Below, one piece after another: positions 49,521 to 63,390 of a DNA stretch of 64,000 bases. Within the stretch, counting starts at the first letter, position 1, and each line of letters starts with the position of its first letter. Source of the DNA: Betaproteobacteria bacterium (GTDB taxonomy: Bacteria; Pseudomonadota; Gammaproteobacteria; Burkholderiales; Ga0077523). The position numbers were made by a program, and so were the translations under genes. A model generated the notes under the pieces. It had not been told where the DNA came from. It searched no databases and saw nothing but the letters and a program-made list of their open reading frames with translations. The DNA lies in assembly GCA_025350245.1 (NCBI GenBank), contig JANXYG010000154.1:1593-65592 (forward strand). Reading direction: 5' to 3'.

Positions 49521-51782
49521 CTACAGCGGGGCGCCGGGCTTGGCAGCGAACTCGGCGATCAATTCCATTTGCGCCGACGATGCGTTTGCCGCGGACGGAG
49601 GATGCAGCCGACGGTAGTGGCCGTCCGGGTCCATTGCCCAAGCCTGGGTATTGTCGTCCAGATATCGCACGAGGGATTCGTTGATGACGCGACGCTTGAG
49701 TTTCGGGTCGAGGATCGGGAAACACAGCTCGATGCGGCGGAAGAAGTTCCGGTCCATCCAGTCGGCGCTCGAGAGGTAGACCGTGTCGCTGCTGCGGAAA
49801 TGACAGACCCGGTGATGCTCGAGAAAGCGCCCGACGATCGAGCGCACCTTGATGTTGTCCGACAGCCCCGGGATTCCGGGTCGCAGTGCGCATACCCCGC
49901 GCACGATGAGATTGATCTTGACGCCCGCGCGCGACGCTTCGTAGAGCTCGTAGATGATCTCGGGTTCGAGCAAGGCGTTCATCTTGGCGGTGATCGCGGC
50001 CGACTTCCCGGCCCGGGCCTGCTCGGCTTCGCGGGCGATGGCCTCGAGCAACCGGGAATGCAGGGTGAAGGGCGCCTGCCAGACGTGCAGGTGTTTCCCG
50101 ACCTTGCCCAGGCCCGTGAGCTGCATGAAGACGTCGTTCACGTCGGTGGTGATCTCGTCGTTCCAGGTAAACAGGCCGAAGTCGGTGTAGAGCGTCGCCG
50201 TGCGCGAGTGGTAGTTGCCGGTGCCCAGATGCACGTAGCGCTTGAGCCCGCCGTCTTCGCGTCGCACCACCATCGCCATCTTCGCGTGGGTCTTGTGCCC
50301 CACGACCCCGTACACCACGTGCGCACCGACTTCCTCGAGCCGGGATGCCCAGTTGATGTTGGCCTCCTCATCGAAGCGGGCCATCAATTCAAGCACCACG
50401 GTGACGGCCTTGCCGTTGCGCGCAGCCGTGATCAGGTGCTTCATCAGGTCGGAGTCGGCGCCGGTGCGGTAGACCGTCCACTTGATCGCCACCACCGCCG
50501 GATCGGCCGCCGCCTGGGCGACGAAATCGATCACCGGGCGAAATGACTGAAAGGGGTGGTGCAGCAGGATGTCGCCCTTGCGGATCGCGGCGAAGATGTC
50601 GTTGCGCTTGGCCAATGCCCCCGGCACGCTCGGCGTGAACGGCTTGAACTTCAGGTCGGGGCGCTCGACGAACTCCGGCACCTGCATCAGCCGCACCAGG
50701 TTGACCGGGCCCTGGACCTGATAGAGATCCTCCCGCGCCAGTCCGAACTGCTGCAGCAGGAATTCCGACATGTGTTCCGGGCACAGATCCGCCACTTCGA
50801 GACGCACCGCATCGCCGAAATGTCGCTGCGGCAGTTCGCCCTGCAAGGCGATGCGCAGGTTCTTGACCTCTTCCTCATCGACGAACAGGTCGCTGTTGCG
50901 CGTGACCCGGAACTGGTAGCAGCCCTTGACTTCCATCCCGGCGAACAGCTCGCTGACGAACGCATGCAGGACGGAGGACAGGAACACGAAACCGTATTCG
51001 CAGCCGGCGATCTCGCGCGGTAAAGCGATGAAGCGCGGCAGGGCACGCGGCGCCTGCACGATGGCGATGCCGGAATTGCGCCCGAAGGCGTCCTTGCCCG
51101 ACAACTCGATGACGAAGTTCAGGCTCTTGTTGAGCAACCGCGGGAACGGATGCGCCGGATCGAGTCCGAGCGGCGTCAGCACCGGCATCACCTGTTTCAG
51201 GAAATAGTCGCGGACCCAGGCGCGCTGCTGCTCGCTCCACTCGCGGCGGCGCAGGAAGCGCACGCCCTGCTGCGCCAGCGCCGGCAGCAGCTCGTCGTTG
51301 AAGATGGTGTACTGCCGCGTCACCAACTCGTGTGCCTGCTTCGAGACTTCCTCGAGGACCTGCTGCTGGGTCATCCCGTCCGGCCCGAGCGCGGAGGCGC
51401 CGAGCTGGATCTGCGCCTTCAGGCCGGCCACGCGGATTTCGAAGAACTCGTCGAGGTTGCTGCCGACGATGCACAGGAACCGGAGCCGTTCCAGCAGCGG
51501 CGTCGCGGCATCCTGCGCCTGGGCCAGCACCCGCCGGTTGAATTCGAGCAGCCCCAGTTCGCGATTGAGAAAGTGCTGCGACCCGAGGGCGCGCTTGCCG
51601 GGCTTGGATGGCGCTGGTTTGGCCGGTACGGCCTTGCCGATGGCCGATTTTCGCGGCGTGGTTTTTCGGGGCGGTGACGGGTCCGCCTTGGCCGGTACCG
51701 GTTTAGCCCGGGCCGGCTTGACCAGGGCTGTCGGTCCGGGGCTAGGGGTCCTGGCGGTTCGACTGGCGCTACGCTCAGTCAT
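49521..51782 (-). CDS. ppk1: Polyphosphate kinase 1 with long basic N-terminal extension
   Basis: [54 protein letters not shown]. Confidence 0.96.
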   Translation of the reverse strand: MTERSASRTARTPSPGPTALVKPARAKPVPAKADPSPPRKTTPRKSAIGKAVPAKPAPSKPGKRALGSQHFLNRELGLLEFNRRVLAQAQDAATPLLERLRFLCIVGSNLDEFFEIRVAGLKAQIQLGASALGPDGMTQQQVLEEVSKQAHELVTRQYTIFNDELLPALAQQGVRFLRRREWSEQQRAWVRDYFLKQVMPVLTPLGLDPAHPFPRLLNKSLNFVIELSGKDAFGRNSGIAIVQAPRALPRFIALPREIAGCEYGFVFLSSVLHAFVSELFAGMEVKGCYQFRVTRNSDLFVDEEEVKNLRIALQGELPQRHFGDAVRLEVADLCPEHMSEFLLQQFGLAREDLYQVQGPVNLVRLMQVPEFVERPDLKFKPFTPSVPGALAKRNDIFAAIRKGDILLHHPFQSFRPVIDFVAQAAADPAVVAIKWTVYRTGADSDLMKHLITAARNGKAVTVVLELMARFDEEANINWASRLEEVGAHVVYGVVGHKTHAKMAMVVRREDGGLKRYVHLGTGNYHSRTATLYTDFGLFTWNDEITTDVNDVFMQLTGLGKVGKHLHVWQAPFTLHSRLLEAIAREAEQARAGKSAAITAKMNALLEPEIIYELYEASRAGVKINLIVRGVCALRPGIPGLSDNIKVRSIVGRFLEHHRVCHFRSSDTVYLSSADWMDRNFFRRIELCFPILDPKLKRRVINESLVRYLDDNTQAWAMDPDGHYRRLHPPSAANASSAQMELIAEFAAKPGAPL

Positions 51783-52050
51783 GGCCGGGCGGAACGTAGC
51801 CGGTGGCCGCGTCGGCGCCAGTGCCGAAGAAGTGACGCTCCATCTGCTGTTCCAGATATTTGCGAGCCTTCGGATCGGCCAGGCTCAACCGGTTCTCGTT
51901 CACCAGCATCTTCTGGTGTTCGAGCCAGGCCTTCCAGGCGTCCTTCGACACCGAGTCGAACAGGCGCTCGCCGAGCGGGCCGGGATAAGGCGGATAGTCG
52001 AGCCCCTCCGCGTCGCGGTCGAGCTTGATGCAATGAACGGTTCGGGCCAT
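51775..52050 (-). CDS. yggX: Fe(2+)-trafficking oxidative damage protection protein
   Basis: [26 protein letters not shown]. Confidence 0.92.
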   Translation of the reverse strand: MARTVHCIKLDRDAEGLDYPPYPGPLGERLFDSVSKDAWKAWLEHQKMLVNENRLSLADPKARKYLEQQMERHFFGTGADAATGYVPPGHD

Positions 52051-52158
52051 GGAGTTTCCTCGGAAAGCGCCGCGGTGCAGCGGGCGCGAATTATTCCGCA
52101 ACGGGCGGCTCGGGTAAACCGCGCGGCCGAAAAGGGTGTTGGCGCCTGCTCGGCGTGA

Positions 52159-52271
52159 TGAACGAAGGGTCTCCCGAAGCGAAGGGGCAGCGCCCACAGG
52201 GTCCCCCGAGGACGCTGCGCCCCCTCCTGAGGGGGAAGGCGAAGCGCAGCGCAGCCTGGGGGTGGGCGTCA
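52159..52271 (-). repeat. Dispersed hairpin repeat, copy 5
   Basis: Reverse complement TGACGCCCACCCCCAGGCTGCGCTGCGCTTCGCCTTCCCCCTCAGGAGGGGGCGCAGCGTCCTCGGGGGACCCTGTGGGCGCTGCCCCTTCGCT...CCTTCGTTCA. Confidence 0.9.
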
Positions 52272-52280
52272 CCTGTCAAC

Positions 52281-53597
52281 TCAGAGTTTCTTGATCAGCA
52301 CCTTGGAGCGTCGCTGGTAGTTGTAGAGCTGCTGGCGGGCCTTTGGCAGGCTCGCCACGGTCGCTTCGGCGAAGCCCTGCTCGATGAACCAGTGCGATGC
52401 GCGGGTGGTGAGCACGAACAATCGCTTCAGTTTCGCCGCGCGCGCCTCATCTTCCAGGGCATGCAGCAGGCGCTCGCCCGCGCCCACGTTGCGATAGTCG
52501 GCATGCACCGCGAGGCAGGCCAGTTCGGCGGCGGCCGAATCCTTGAACGGATACAGCGCGGCGCAACCGACGATCTTGCCGTCGTGCTCGATCAACCTGA
52601 ACCGGCCGATCTCCATTTCCAGGCGTTCGCGCGAGCGCTTGACCAGGGTGCCATCCGCTTCGAGCGGTTCGATCAGGCGCAGGACGCCGCCCACGTCATC
52701 GATAGTGGCCATCCGCAGTTGTTCCAGCGGGTCCTGGGTCACCATGGTGCCGATGCCGTTATGCGTGAACAACTCGAGCAGCAGGGCACCATCCTGATGC
52801 CGGCTGATCAGATGCGCGCGGTGCACGCCGGCATCGCAGGCCTTGGCCGCGAACGGCAGATAGATCGATGTGTCGTCACCGGCTGGCTTGCGCGCGATCA
52901 GTGCCTGGGTATCGGACTCGGTGATCTCTCGCACCAGTTGGCCATTGCTGTCGACCACGCCCGCCTGCTCCATGAGGAAGATGAGTTTTTCGGCATGCAG
53001 GGCGATGGCGACGTTCGCCGCCACGTCTTCGAGCGTGAGGTTGAAAATCTCGCCGGTGGGCGAATAGCCGAGCGACGACAGCAGTACGACCTCGCCATCA
53101 TCGAGCCGCTTCTGGATGAAGTCGGTGTTGACCTTGCGCACCTCGCCTGTGTAGAGCATGTCGGTGCCGTCGACGATCCCGACCGGCTGGCCGACCACGA
53201 AATTGCCGCTGGCAACCCGGATCGTGGCGTTTGCCATCGGCGAGCCGGGCAATCCCATCGACAGCAAGGCCTCGATCTCGGCGCGCAGGCGGCCGGTGGC
53301 CTCCTTCACATCGGCCATGGCGGCTGCGTCGGTGACGCGCATGTCGCGTACGTAGCGAATCCGGGCTCGACGGCGCTTGAGCCGCGCGTCGATCTGCGGC
53401 CGCGCGCCATGCACCAGCACGAGACGCACCCCCAGCGCTGCCAGCAGGTTCAGGTCATGGGTAAGCCCAACGAAATTGCCGTCGGCCACGACCTCGCCGC
53501 CGAAGGCAATGACGAACGTGCGCCCGCGAAAACCGTGAATGTAGGGGGTCGCGGCGCGAAACCAGGGTACGAACTCGGTATGTCGTTGGGCGTCCAT
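52281..53597 (-). CDS. argA: Amino-acid N-acetyltransferase (N-acetylglutamate synthase)
   Basis: WFR..TPYI, HGARPQI, GEIFNL, ELFT..G.GT, C-terminal GNAT, YNYQRRSK. Confidence 0.95.
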   Translation of the reverse strand: MDAQRHTEFVPWFRAATPYIHGFRGRTFVIAFGGEVVADGNFVGLTHDLNLLAALGVRLVLVHGARPQIDARLKRRRARIRYVRDMRVTDAAAMADVKEATGRLRAEIEALLSMGLPGSPMANATIRVASGNFVVGQPVGIVDGTDMLYTGEVRKVNTDFIQKRLDDGEVVLLSSLGYSPTGEIFNLTLEDVAANVAIALHAEKLIFLMEQAGVVDSNGQLVREITESDTQALIARKPAGDDTSIYLPFAAKACDAGVHRAHLISRHQDGALLLELFTHNGIGTMVTQDPLEQLRMATIDDVGGVLRLIEPLEADGTLVKRSRERLEMEIGRFRLIEHDGKIVGCAALYPFKDSAAAELACLAVHADYRNVGAGERLLHALEDEARAAKLKRLFVLTTRASHWFIEQGFAEATVASLPKARQQLYNYQRRSKVLIKKL

Positions 53598-53725
53598 GCG
53601 GAAATGGTTTGCGTCTGTCACGGCGGCGTCGCGGTTATCGGGTACATCCCGGATCGTGCCTTCGAGACCGGTCTGTCCGGCCGCCCGAGGCCGCGAACGA
53701 ACGGCATCCCGGGCGCCTTGGCGGG

Positions 53726-54493
53726 CTATTTCGCCGTCATCCGGATCGAGCCGTCGAGCCGGATGGTCTCGCCGTTGAGCATCTCGTTCTCGACGATGTG
53801 CCTGACCAGTGCAGCGTATTCCGCCGGGCGGCCGAGGCGCGACGGGAATGGCACCTGCTGAGCGAGCGATGCCTGCGCCTCGGGCGGCAGCCCGGCCATC
53901 ATCGGGGTCTCGAACAGGCCGGGCGCGATGGTGCACACACGGATGCCGTAGCGGGCGAGTTCGCGGGCGATCGGCAGCGTCATCCCGACGACACCGGCCT
54001 TCGATGCGGCGTAGGCAGGCTGGCCGATCTGGCCGTCATACGCCGCGACCGAGGCGGTATTGACGATCACGCCGCGTTCGCCGGCGGCATTGGGCTCGCC
54101 CTTCGCCATGGCGTCGGCGGCGAGGCGCAGCAGGTTGAAGCTGCCGATGAGATTGATGCCGACGATCTTCGCGAACTGGTCGAGCGGATGCGGACCTTCC
54201 TTCCCGAGCACCTTGGCCGGGACGCCGACCCCGGCGCAGTTGACCAGGCCGTGGATCGCGCCGAACGCCGAGAGCGCCAGCGCCACCGCGCGTTGGCCGT
54301 GTGCCTCCGACGTGACGTCGCACTCGACGAAACGGGTCTGCGACCCGAGCGCGGCCACCAGTGCTGCGCCGGCGGTCTGGTTGACATCTGCGATCACGGC
54401 ATTGCCACCGCCGGTCACGATCATCTCTACCGTTGCCTGTCCGAGGCCCGAGCTGCCGCCGGTCACAACGAAGGTGCTGTTCTTGATTTGCAT
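53726..54493 (-). CDS. 3-hydroxyacyl-CoA dehydrogenase type 2 (SDR)
   Basis: [31 protein letters not shown]. Confidence 0.9.
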   Translation of the reverse strand: MQIKNSTFVVTGGSSGLGQATVEMIVTGGGNAVIADVNQTAGAALVAALGSQTRFVECDVTSEAHGQRAVALALSAFGAIHGLVNCAGVGVPAKVLGKEGPHPLDQFAKIVGINLIGSFNLLRLAADAMAKGEPNAAGERGVIVNTASVAAYDGQIGQPAYAASKAGVVGMTLPIARELARYGIRVCTIAPGLFETPMMAGLPPEAQASLAQQVPFPSRLGRPAEYAALVRHIVENEMLNGETIRLDGSIRMTAK

Positions 54494-54574
54494 GGGTTGG
54501 GTGGGTGCGCCGAAGGATTTGTCGAGGACCGGTGTCGGGTTTGGTACCAGCCCGAAAGTATACGGAGCGGGTCG

Positions 54575-55348
54575 CTAAAAATCTCCCCATAGCGACTGGA
54601 TCGCCGCCAGCGCGGCGACCGCGGCAGTCTCGGTGCGCAGGATGCGCGGTCCGAGGCTGACCCCGCCGAATCCGCGCGATACGGCCAGGGCGATCTCGGT
54701 GTCGGTCAGCCCGCCCTCGGGTCCGGCGAGCAGCATGACCGGGCCGTCGGGGCGAGGCATCGCCGCGAGGCGCGCCGCTGCCGTTGCCGACAAGAGCAGG
54801 CGGGTGTCTGCGCCCGCTGCCGCATCGGTCTCGGGCAGCCACGCCATGAACGGTTGCGCAGCCGCGATCTCCGGCATCCGGTTGCGGCCGCATTGCTCGC
54901 AGGCGGCGGTAGCCAGTGCGGTCCAGTGGTCACGGCGGCGGTCGGCGCGGTCACCACTCAACCGCACCACGCTGCGCTCGGTGAATACCGGAACGATGCG
55001 GGTGATGCCCAGTTCGACCGCCTTCCGGATCGTGTAGTCCATCCGGTCGCCACTCGATATTCCCTGCACCAGGCAAGTGACGACCGGCGATTCGCGTTCG
55101 ATCGGGTCGAAGGCCGTGGTCCGGGCGACCAGTTCGCCGCGGGCGATACTGACGACCTCCGCGCAATACTCGCCGCCGAGGCCGTCGAACAGGGTCAGGA
55201 GATCGCCGGTACCGAGGCGAAGAACCCGCACCGCGTGATGCGCGGCATCGCGCGGCAACGACAACTGGATGCCGATCGCGAGTGCCTGCTGCAGGTGAAA
55301 ACGCGCGCCGGGACGTGGCTTTCGGACCGCTTCGAAAGAGGCTTTCAT
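54575..55348 (-). CDS. rsmE: 16S rRNA m3U1498 methyltransferase
   Basis: HAVRVLR, KAVELG, ACEQCGR, GPEGG, LGPRILRTETA. Confidence 0.95.
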   Translation of the reverse strand: MKASFEAVRKPRPGARFHLQQALAIGIQLSLPRDAAHHAVRVLRLGTGDLLTLFDGLGGEYCAEVVSIARGELVARTTAFDPIERESPVVTCLVQGISSGDRMDYTIRKAVELGITRIVPVFTERSVVRLSGDRADRRRDHWTALATAACEQCGRNRMPEIAAAQPFMAWLPETDAAAGADTRLLLSATAAARLAAMPRPDGPVMLLAGPEGGLTDTEIALAVSRGFGGVSLGPRILRTETAAVAALAAIQSLWGDF

Positions 55349-55445
55349 GCTACCATTTTGGCATGAAGTTTTCGCTTTGTTTACCGGTACTTGTCACCGG
55401 TTTTCCGGGTTGTAGGCGGGTCCGGTCGATGGCTGCCCGGGCGTA

Positions 55446-56279
55446 GTGCCGCTGATGCAGGCATTGCTGGCACCTGCGCCGTTGCTCGAAGCCGGCCTGC
55501 TGCAACAGGTATGCGAGGCAGTGCGCGCTGTTGCCCTCGAAGAAGTGATGCCGCGCTACCTGAAGGTTGCCCATCGGCGCAAGGCCGACGGCAGCCTGTT
55601 CACCGAAGCCGATCTCGCCGCCCAGAGCGCGCTGGTGTCCCGGCTTCAGGCCATCGAGGCACTGCCGGTCGTCGGCGAAGAGATGACCCAGGAGTACCAG
55701 GCCGAGCAGTGGCTGGCCGGTGCCGACGGACTCTGGTGCGTCGATCCGATCGATGGCACGTCCAATTTCGTCAATGGCGTCCCGTACTTCGCCGTCTCGG
55801 TGGCGCTCATGCGCCAGGGCCGTAGCGTACTGGGGGTCGTCTTCGATCCGGTGGCCGACGAGATGTTCTACGCCGCCAAAGGCAAGGGCGCTTTTCTCAA
55901 TGGCGAAGCGCTGCCGATCGGCACCCGGGTCCCGCGGCTGGCCGGCAGCATGGCCAACATCGACCTCAAGCGGATTCCCGCCAGGCTTGGCAGAGCCCTG
56001 GTCGAGCGGCCACCCTATGCGTCGCACCGCAGTTTCGGCGCCAGCACGCTCGAATGGTGCTACGTCGCGGCTGGCCGCATCCAGGTCTATCTCCATGGCG
56101 GGCAAAAACTCTGGGACTACGCCGCCGGCTATCTGATTCTCGAAGAGGCCGGCGGACACATCGCGGGGCTCGAAGCCGATGACTTCTGGGCAACCGGCCG
56201 GTGGCAGCGGTCGGTGGTCGCCGCTCTCGATCCGGGGCTGTTCGCCGACTGGCTTGCCTGGATTCGCGCTCACCAATAG
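55446..56279 (+). CDS. Inositol monophosphatase family protein
   Basis: GEE, WCVDPIDGTSNF, WDYAAG. Confidence 0.9.
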   Translation: MPLMQALLAPAPLLEAGLLQQVCEAVRAVALEEVMPRYLKVAHRRKADGSLFTEADLAAQSALVSRLQAIEALPVVGEEMTQEYQAEQWLAGADGLWCVDPIDGTSNFVNGVPYFAVSVALMRQGRSVLGVVFDPVADEMFYAAKGKGAFLNGEALPIGTRVPRLAGSMANIDLKRIPARLGRALVERPPYASHRSFGASTLEWCYVAAGRIQVYLHGGQKLWDYAAGYLILEEAGGHIAGLEADDFWATGRWQRSVVAALDPGLFADWLAWIRAHQ

Positions 56280-56441
56280 CCAGCGGGAGCCAGCGGGGCT
56301 CGGTACCCACCCCGTCATTCCCGGCGGCGCCCCTGGGTGAACGCGCCCGGACTCCAGGTTGACCAGCGCAACCCGTGCCGGTATCTTCTGCGGTCCCCCT
56401 GACAGATCAAGCCCTCCGGCAACCCCCGGGGCGACCCGCAA

Positions 56442-58139
56442 ATGGAACTCACCGGCGCCGAAATCCTGATGCGCTGCCTTGCCGAGGAAGGTGTCGAATA
56501 CATCTTCGGTTATCCCGGCGGGGCCGTGCTTCACATCTACGACGAACTGTTCAAGCAAGACCGGGTGAAGCACATCCTGGTCCGGCACGAACAGGCGGCG
56601 GTGCATGCGGCGGACGGCTACGCCCGTTGTACCCAGAAGCCGGGCGTGTGCCTGGTCACTTCCGGGCCGGGTGTGACCAACGCAATCACCGGCATCGCCA
56701 CGGCCTACATGGACTCGATCCCGCTGGTCGTGGTGACTGGTCAGGTGCCGACCCACGCCATCGGCCAGGATGCCTTCCAGGAAGTCGACGCCATCGGTAT
56801 CTCGCGCCCGTGCGTGAAGCACAACTTCCTGGTCAAGGACGTGAAACAGCTGGCCGAGACGATGAAGAAGGCATTTTTCATCGCCACTACCGGCCGGCCC
56901 GGTCCGGTGCTGGTCGACATCCCCAAGGACGTGAGCTCGGATCGGTGCGAATACGCGTATCCGGCCTCGGTGACGTTGCGTTCCTACAATCCCGTGGTCA
57001 AAGGTCACAGCGGCCAAATCCGCAAGGCGCTCGGCCTGTTGCTGGAAGCCAGGCGCCCGATGCTCTACACCGGTGGCGGTGTCGTGCTCGGCGACGCGGC
57101 GCCCGAACTCGCCCATCTCGTGCACCAACTCGGCTTTCCCTGCACCAACACGCTCATGGGCCTGGGCGGATTTCCCGCCACCGACCCGCAATTCCTGGGC
57201 ATGCTCGGCATGCATGGCACCTATGAAGCCAACATGGCCATGCAGCACTGCGACGTCCTGCTCGCCGTGGGCGCGCGTTTCGACGACCGCGTGATCGGCA
57301 ACCCAAAGCACTTCTTTCAGGAAGACCGGCGCATCATCCATATCGACATCGACCCTTCGTCGATATCGAAGCGGGTCAAGGTCGATGTCCCGATCGTCGG
57401 CGATGTCAGGGAGGTGCTGACGGAGCTCAGCCGCCAGATCGCAGCGTCGGCGCAGCAAACCGACACGGCTGCGGTCAAAGCCTGGTGGACGCAGATCGAA
57501 TTGTGGCGCGCGCGCGACTGCCTCAAGTTCGATCGCACGAGTGCCGTCATCAAGCCGCAGGCCGTGGTCGAGAAGCTCTACCAGATCACGGGCGGCGACG
57601 CCATCGTCACCTCCGACGTCGGCCAGCATCAGATGTGGGCGGCACAGTTCTACAAGTTCGACAAGCCGCGGCGCTGGCTCAATTCCGGAGGCCTGGGCAC
57701 GATGGGCGTCGGTCTGCCCTATGCCATGGGCGCCTGTCTGGCGCATCCCGGTGCCACGGTAGCCTGCGTGACCGGCGAGGCGTCGATCCAGATGTGCATT
57801 CAGGAATTGTCGACCTGCAAGCAGTACCACCTGCCGATCAAGATCATAAACCTGAACAACCGCTACATGGGCATGGTGCGGCAGTGGCAGGAGTTCTTCC
57901 ATGGCAATCGCTATGCCGAGTCTTACATGGACGCCCTGCCTGATTTCGTGAAGCTCGCCGAAAGCTATGGTCACGTCGGCATGCGTATCGACAAGCCCGC
58001 CGACGTCGAGCCGGCGCTGCGCGAAGCGTTCGCGCTTCGCGACCGGCTCGTGTTCATGGATTTCATCACCGATCAGACCGAGAACGTGTTCCCGATGGTG
58101 CCCGGCGGCAAGGGCCTGTCCGAGATGATCCTGGTCTAG
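56442..58139 (+). CDS. ilvI: Acetolactate synthase large subunit
   Basis: FGYPGG, RHEQ, TSGPG, LGMHG, DVGQHQMW, SGGLGTMG. Confidence 0.95.
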   Translation: MELTGAEILMRCLAEEGVEYIFGYPGGAVLHIYDELFKQDRVKHILVRHEQAAVHAADGYARCTQKPGVCLVTSGPGVTNAITGIATAYMDSIPLVVVTGQVPTHAIGQDAFQEVDAIGISRPCVKHNFLVKDVKQLAETMKKAFFIATTGRPGPVLVDIPKDVSSDRCEYAYPASVTLRSYNPVVKGHSGQIRKALGLLLEARRPMLYTGGGVVLGDAAPELAHLVHQLGFPCTNTLMGLGGFPATDPQFLGMLGMHGTYEANMAMQHCDVLLAVGARFDDRVIGNPKHFFQEDRRIIHIDIDPSSISKRVKVDVPIVGDVREVLTELSRQIAASAQQTDTAAVKAWWTQIELWRARDCLKFDRTSAVIKPQAVVEKLYQITGGDAIVTSDVGQHQMWAAQFYKFDKPRRWLNSGGLGTMGVGLPYAMGACLAHPGATVACVTGEASIQMCIQELSTCKQYHLPIKIINLNNRYMGMVRQWQEFFHGNRYAESYMDALPDFVKLAESYGHVGMRIDKPADVEPALREAFALRDRLVFMDFITDQTENVFPMVPGGKGLSEMILV

Positions 58140-59807
<1,668 letters not shown>

Positions 59808-59934
59808 GTGGTGGTCTGATGGTGTGCATCCCGGCCGGGCATGATGCGAGAACGCAGCATCGCCCGGCCCCATTCGCGGATTCAGGGTTACAGTCTGCTC
59901 TGTCCGCACCGCGGCCCATGATGCCCGACTCCCG

Positions 59935-60579
59935 ATGAACCCCTATCCGCATCCGATCATCGCCCGCGAAGGCTGGCCGTTCCTGGCGCTCGCCGTCGGG
60001 GTTTCTGCGGGTGTCACCTGGATCGGTGGTTGGTGGTCGGCACCGTTCTGGCTGGTCGCCCTGTTCGTGCTCCAGTTCTTTCGCGATCCGGCGCGGCCGA
60101 TTCCGACCGCTGCCAATCTCGTGCTCGCCCCGGCCGACGGGCGTATCGTGGTGGTGGGCAAGGCTCGCGATCCCTACCTCGATCGCGACGCGCTCAAGAT
60201 CAGCGTATTCATGAACGTGTTCAATGTTCACTCGAACCGCAGCCCGGTCGATGGCGAGATTCGCAATGCCTGGTACCACCCCGGCAGTTTCCTCAATGCG
60301 GCGCTCGACAAGGCCTCGCTCGAGAATGAACGCAACGCCCTGCATATCGTCACGAACAACGGCGCCGCGATCACCTGCGTCCAGGTGGCCGGTCTGGTGG
60401 CCCGTCGCATCCTCTGCTATGTGAAGCCCGGCGATCGTCTGGCCCGTGGTCAGCGCTACGGCTTCATCCGCTTCGGTTCGCGCGTTGACCTCTACCTGCC
60501 GCCGGATGCCCGCCCGCTCGTGCAAGTTGGCGACAAGGTTGCCGCCAGCGCGTCAGTGCTGGCCGAGCTCCCGGGCTGA
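59935..60579 (+). CDS. psd: Phosphatidylserine decarboxylase
   Basis: [24 protein letters not shown]. Confidence 0.93.
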   Translation: MNPYPHPIIAREGWPFLALAVGVSAGVTWIGGWWSAPFWLVALFVLQFFRDPARPIPTAANLVLAPADGRIVVVGKARDPYLDRDALKISVFMNVFNVHSNRSPVDGEIRNAWYHPGSFLNAALDKASLENERNALHIVTNNGAAITCVQVAGLVARRILCYVKPGDRLARGQRYGFIRFGSRVDLYLPPDARPLVQVGDKVAASASVLAELPG

Positions 60580-60596
60580 CAGCTTCCGCGATCGCG

Positions 60597-61361
60597 ATGG
60601 AACGCAAACCCCCTCGCGGCAGATGGATCCCCGGCAGCCGATTCCGGCCCGGCATCTACTGGCTGCCGAACGCGATCACCACGGCAGCGCTGTTCGCCGG
60701 CTTCTACGCCATCGTCCAGGCCATGAACGGGCGCTTCATGGCTGCGGCTGCCGCCGTGTTCATCGCGATGGTTTTCGACGGGCTCGATGGCCGGGTGGCC
60801 CGGCTCACGCGCACGCAGAGCGCGTTCGGCGCCGAGTTCGACTCCCTGTCCGACATGGTGGCCTTCGGTGCGACGCCCGCGCTGGTGATCTACGAGTGGT
60901 CGTTGCGCGGCATGGGCAAGTACGGATGGGCGGCGGCGTTCGCCTACTGCGCCTGCGCCGCCCTGCGCCTGGCGCGCTTCAACACCAACATTGCCGTGGT
61001 CGACAAACGCTTCTTCCAGGGCTTGCCGAGCCCGATGGCCGCCGCGCTGGTGGCTGGGTTCGTGTGGGCGATGGAAGCGTTCGAGATCAAGGGCGCCGAC
61101 ATGCACCTGATCGCCACCGCGATCACCGTGTTCGCCGCATTCACGATGGTGAGCGATATCCCGTTCTACAGCGGCAAGGACATCAACGTCCGCAAGAGTG
61201 TCCCGTTCTGGGCCGTCGTGCTGATCGCGCTGGGTGTGGCGGTGCTTTTCTTCGTCTCCGACAACCTGCCCGAACTGCTGTTCACGCTCGCGGCCATCTA
61301 TGGCGCCTCGGGCTACGTCTACTACGGCTGGACGCTGCTGCGCCGCAAGGTGCCGCCTTGA
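60597..61361 (+). CDS. pssA: CDP-diacylglycerol--serine O-phosphatidyltransferase
   Basis: LPNAIT, DGLDGRVAR, DSLSD, LRLARFN, FQGLPSP. Confidence 0.94.
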   Translation: MERKPPRGRWIPGSRFRPGIYWLPNAITTAALFAGFYAIVQAMNGRFMAAAAAVFIAMVFDGLDGRVARLTRTQSAFGAEFDSLSDMVAFGATPALVIYEWSLRGMGKYGWAAAFAYCACAALRLARFNTNIAVVDKRFFQGLPSPMAAALVAGFVWAMEAFEIKGADMHLIATAITVFAAFTMVSDIPFYSGKDINVRKSVPFWAVVLIALGVAVLFFVSDNLPELLFTLAAIYGASGYVYYGWTLLRRKVPP

Positions 61362-61363
61362 GG

Positions 61364-61485
61364 TGACGTTCACCCCCAGGCTGCGCTGCGCTGCGCTGCG
61401 CTTCGCCTTCCCCCTCGAGGGGGGCGCAGCGTCCTCGGGGAGCCCTGTGGGCGCTGCCCCTTCGCTGCTGAAGTCGCTTCGTTCA
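61364..61485 (+). repeat. Dispersed hairpin repeat, copy 6
   Basis: TGACGTTCACCCCCAGG(CTGCG)4CTTCGCCTTCCCCCTCGAGGGGGGCGCAGCGTCCTCGGGGAGCCCTGTGGGCGCTGCCCCTTCGCT...CTTCGTTCA. Confidence 0.9.
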
Positions 61486-61566
61486 GCAGCCCCGGCTCCG
61501 CAGCAGTACGGCGGAGGCGCCGAACGGAAAGTTGCTTCGCCGCGGCCGACCCCTTATAGTCGGGGC

Positions 61567-61710
61567 ATGTCAACAGCCGCGACCCTGTGCCTTTCAGGCG
61601 CCGTCCTCCTCGCCAGCTACCTGCTGGCGCGATCGCTGCTGCGCGTTCGCGCGCACTGACCCCCCTCCCCCTCGTAGTACCGTCGTCCCGGACCTGATTG
61701 TCGGGTCCGG
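61567..61710 (+). promoter_or_regulatory. Putative leucine leader peptide (61567-61659) and attenuator hairpin (61688-61710) for leuA
   Basis: 30-aa ORF MSTAATLCLSGAVLLASYLLARSLLRVRAH with 8 Leu including three LL pairs; hairpin CCGGACCTGA-TTG-TCGGGTCCGG. Confidence 0.6.
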
Positions 61711-61787
61711 AGTCTTATTGCAGTTTGCGAAGCCGCCACCTTTCCGGAATGTTCCGGCCGGGCGCGCCGACCGATCAGGAGAGCACC

Positions 61788-63323
<1,536 letters not shown>

Positions 63324-63390
63324 TCGGCGATCGTTGCGGGTGCTTGGTACTTTTGGCCGGGCACCCGCTACCGATGTAAGGCAGTACTGC

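Noticed and set aside
56280-56441. Attenuator or leader peptide upstream of ilvI
   Set aside because: No Ile/Leu/Val-rich short ORF or terminator found
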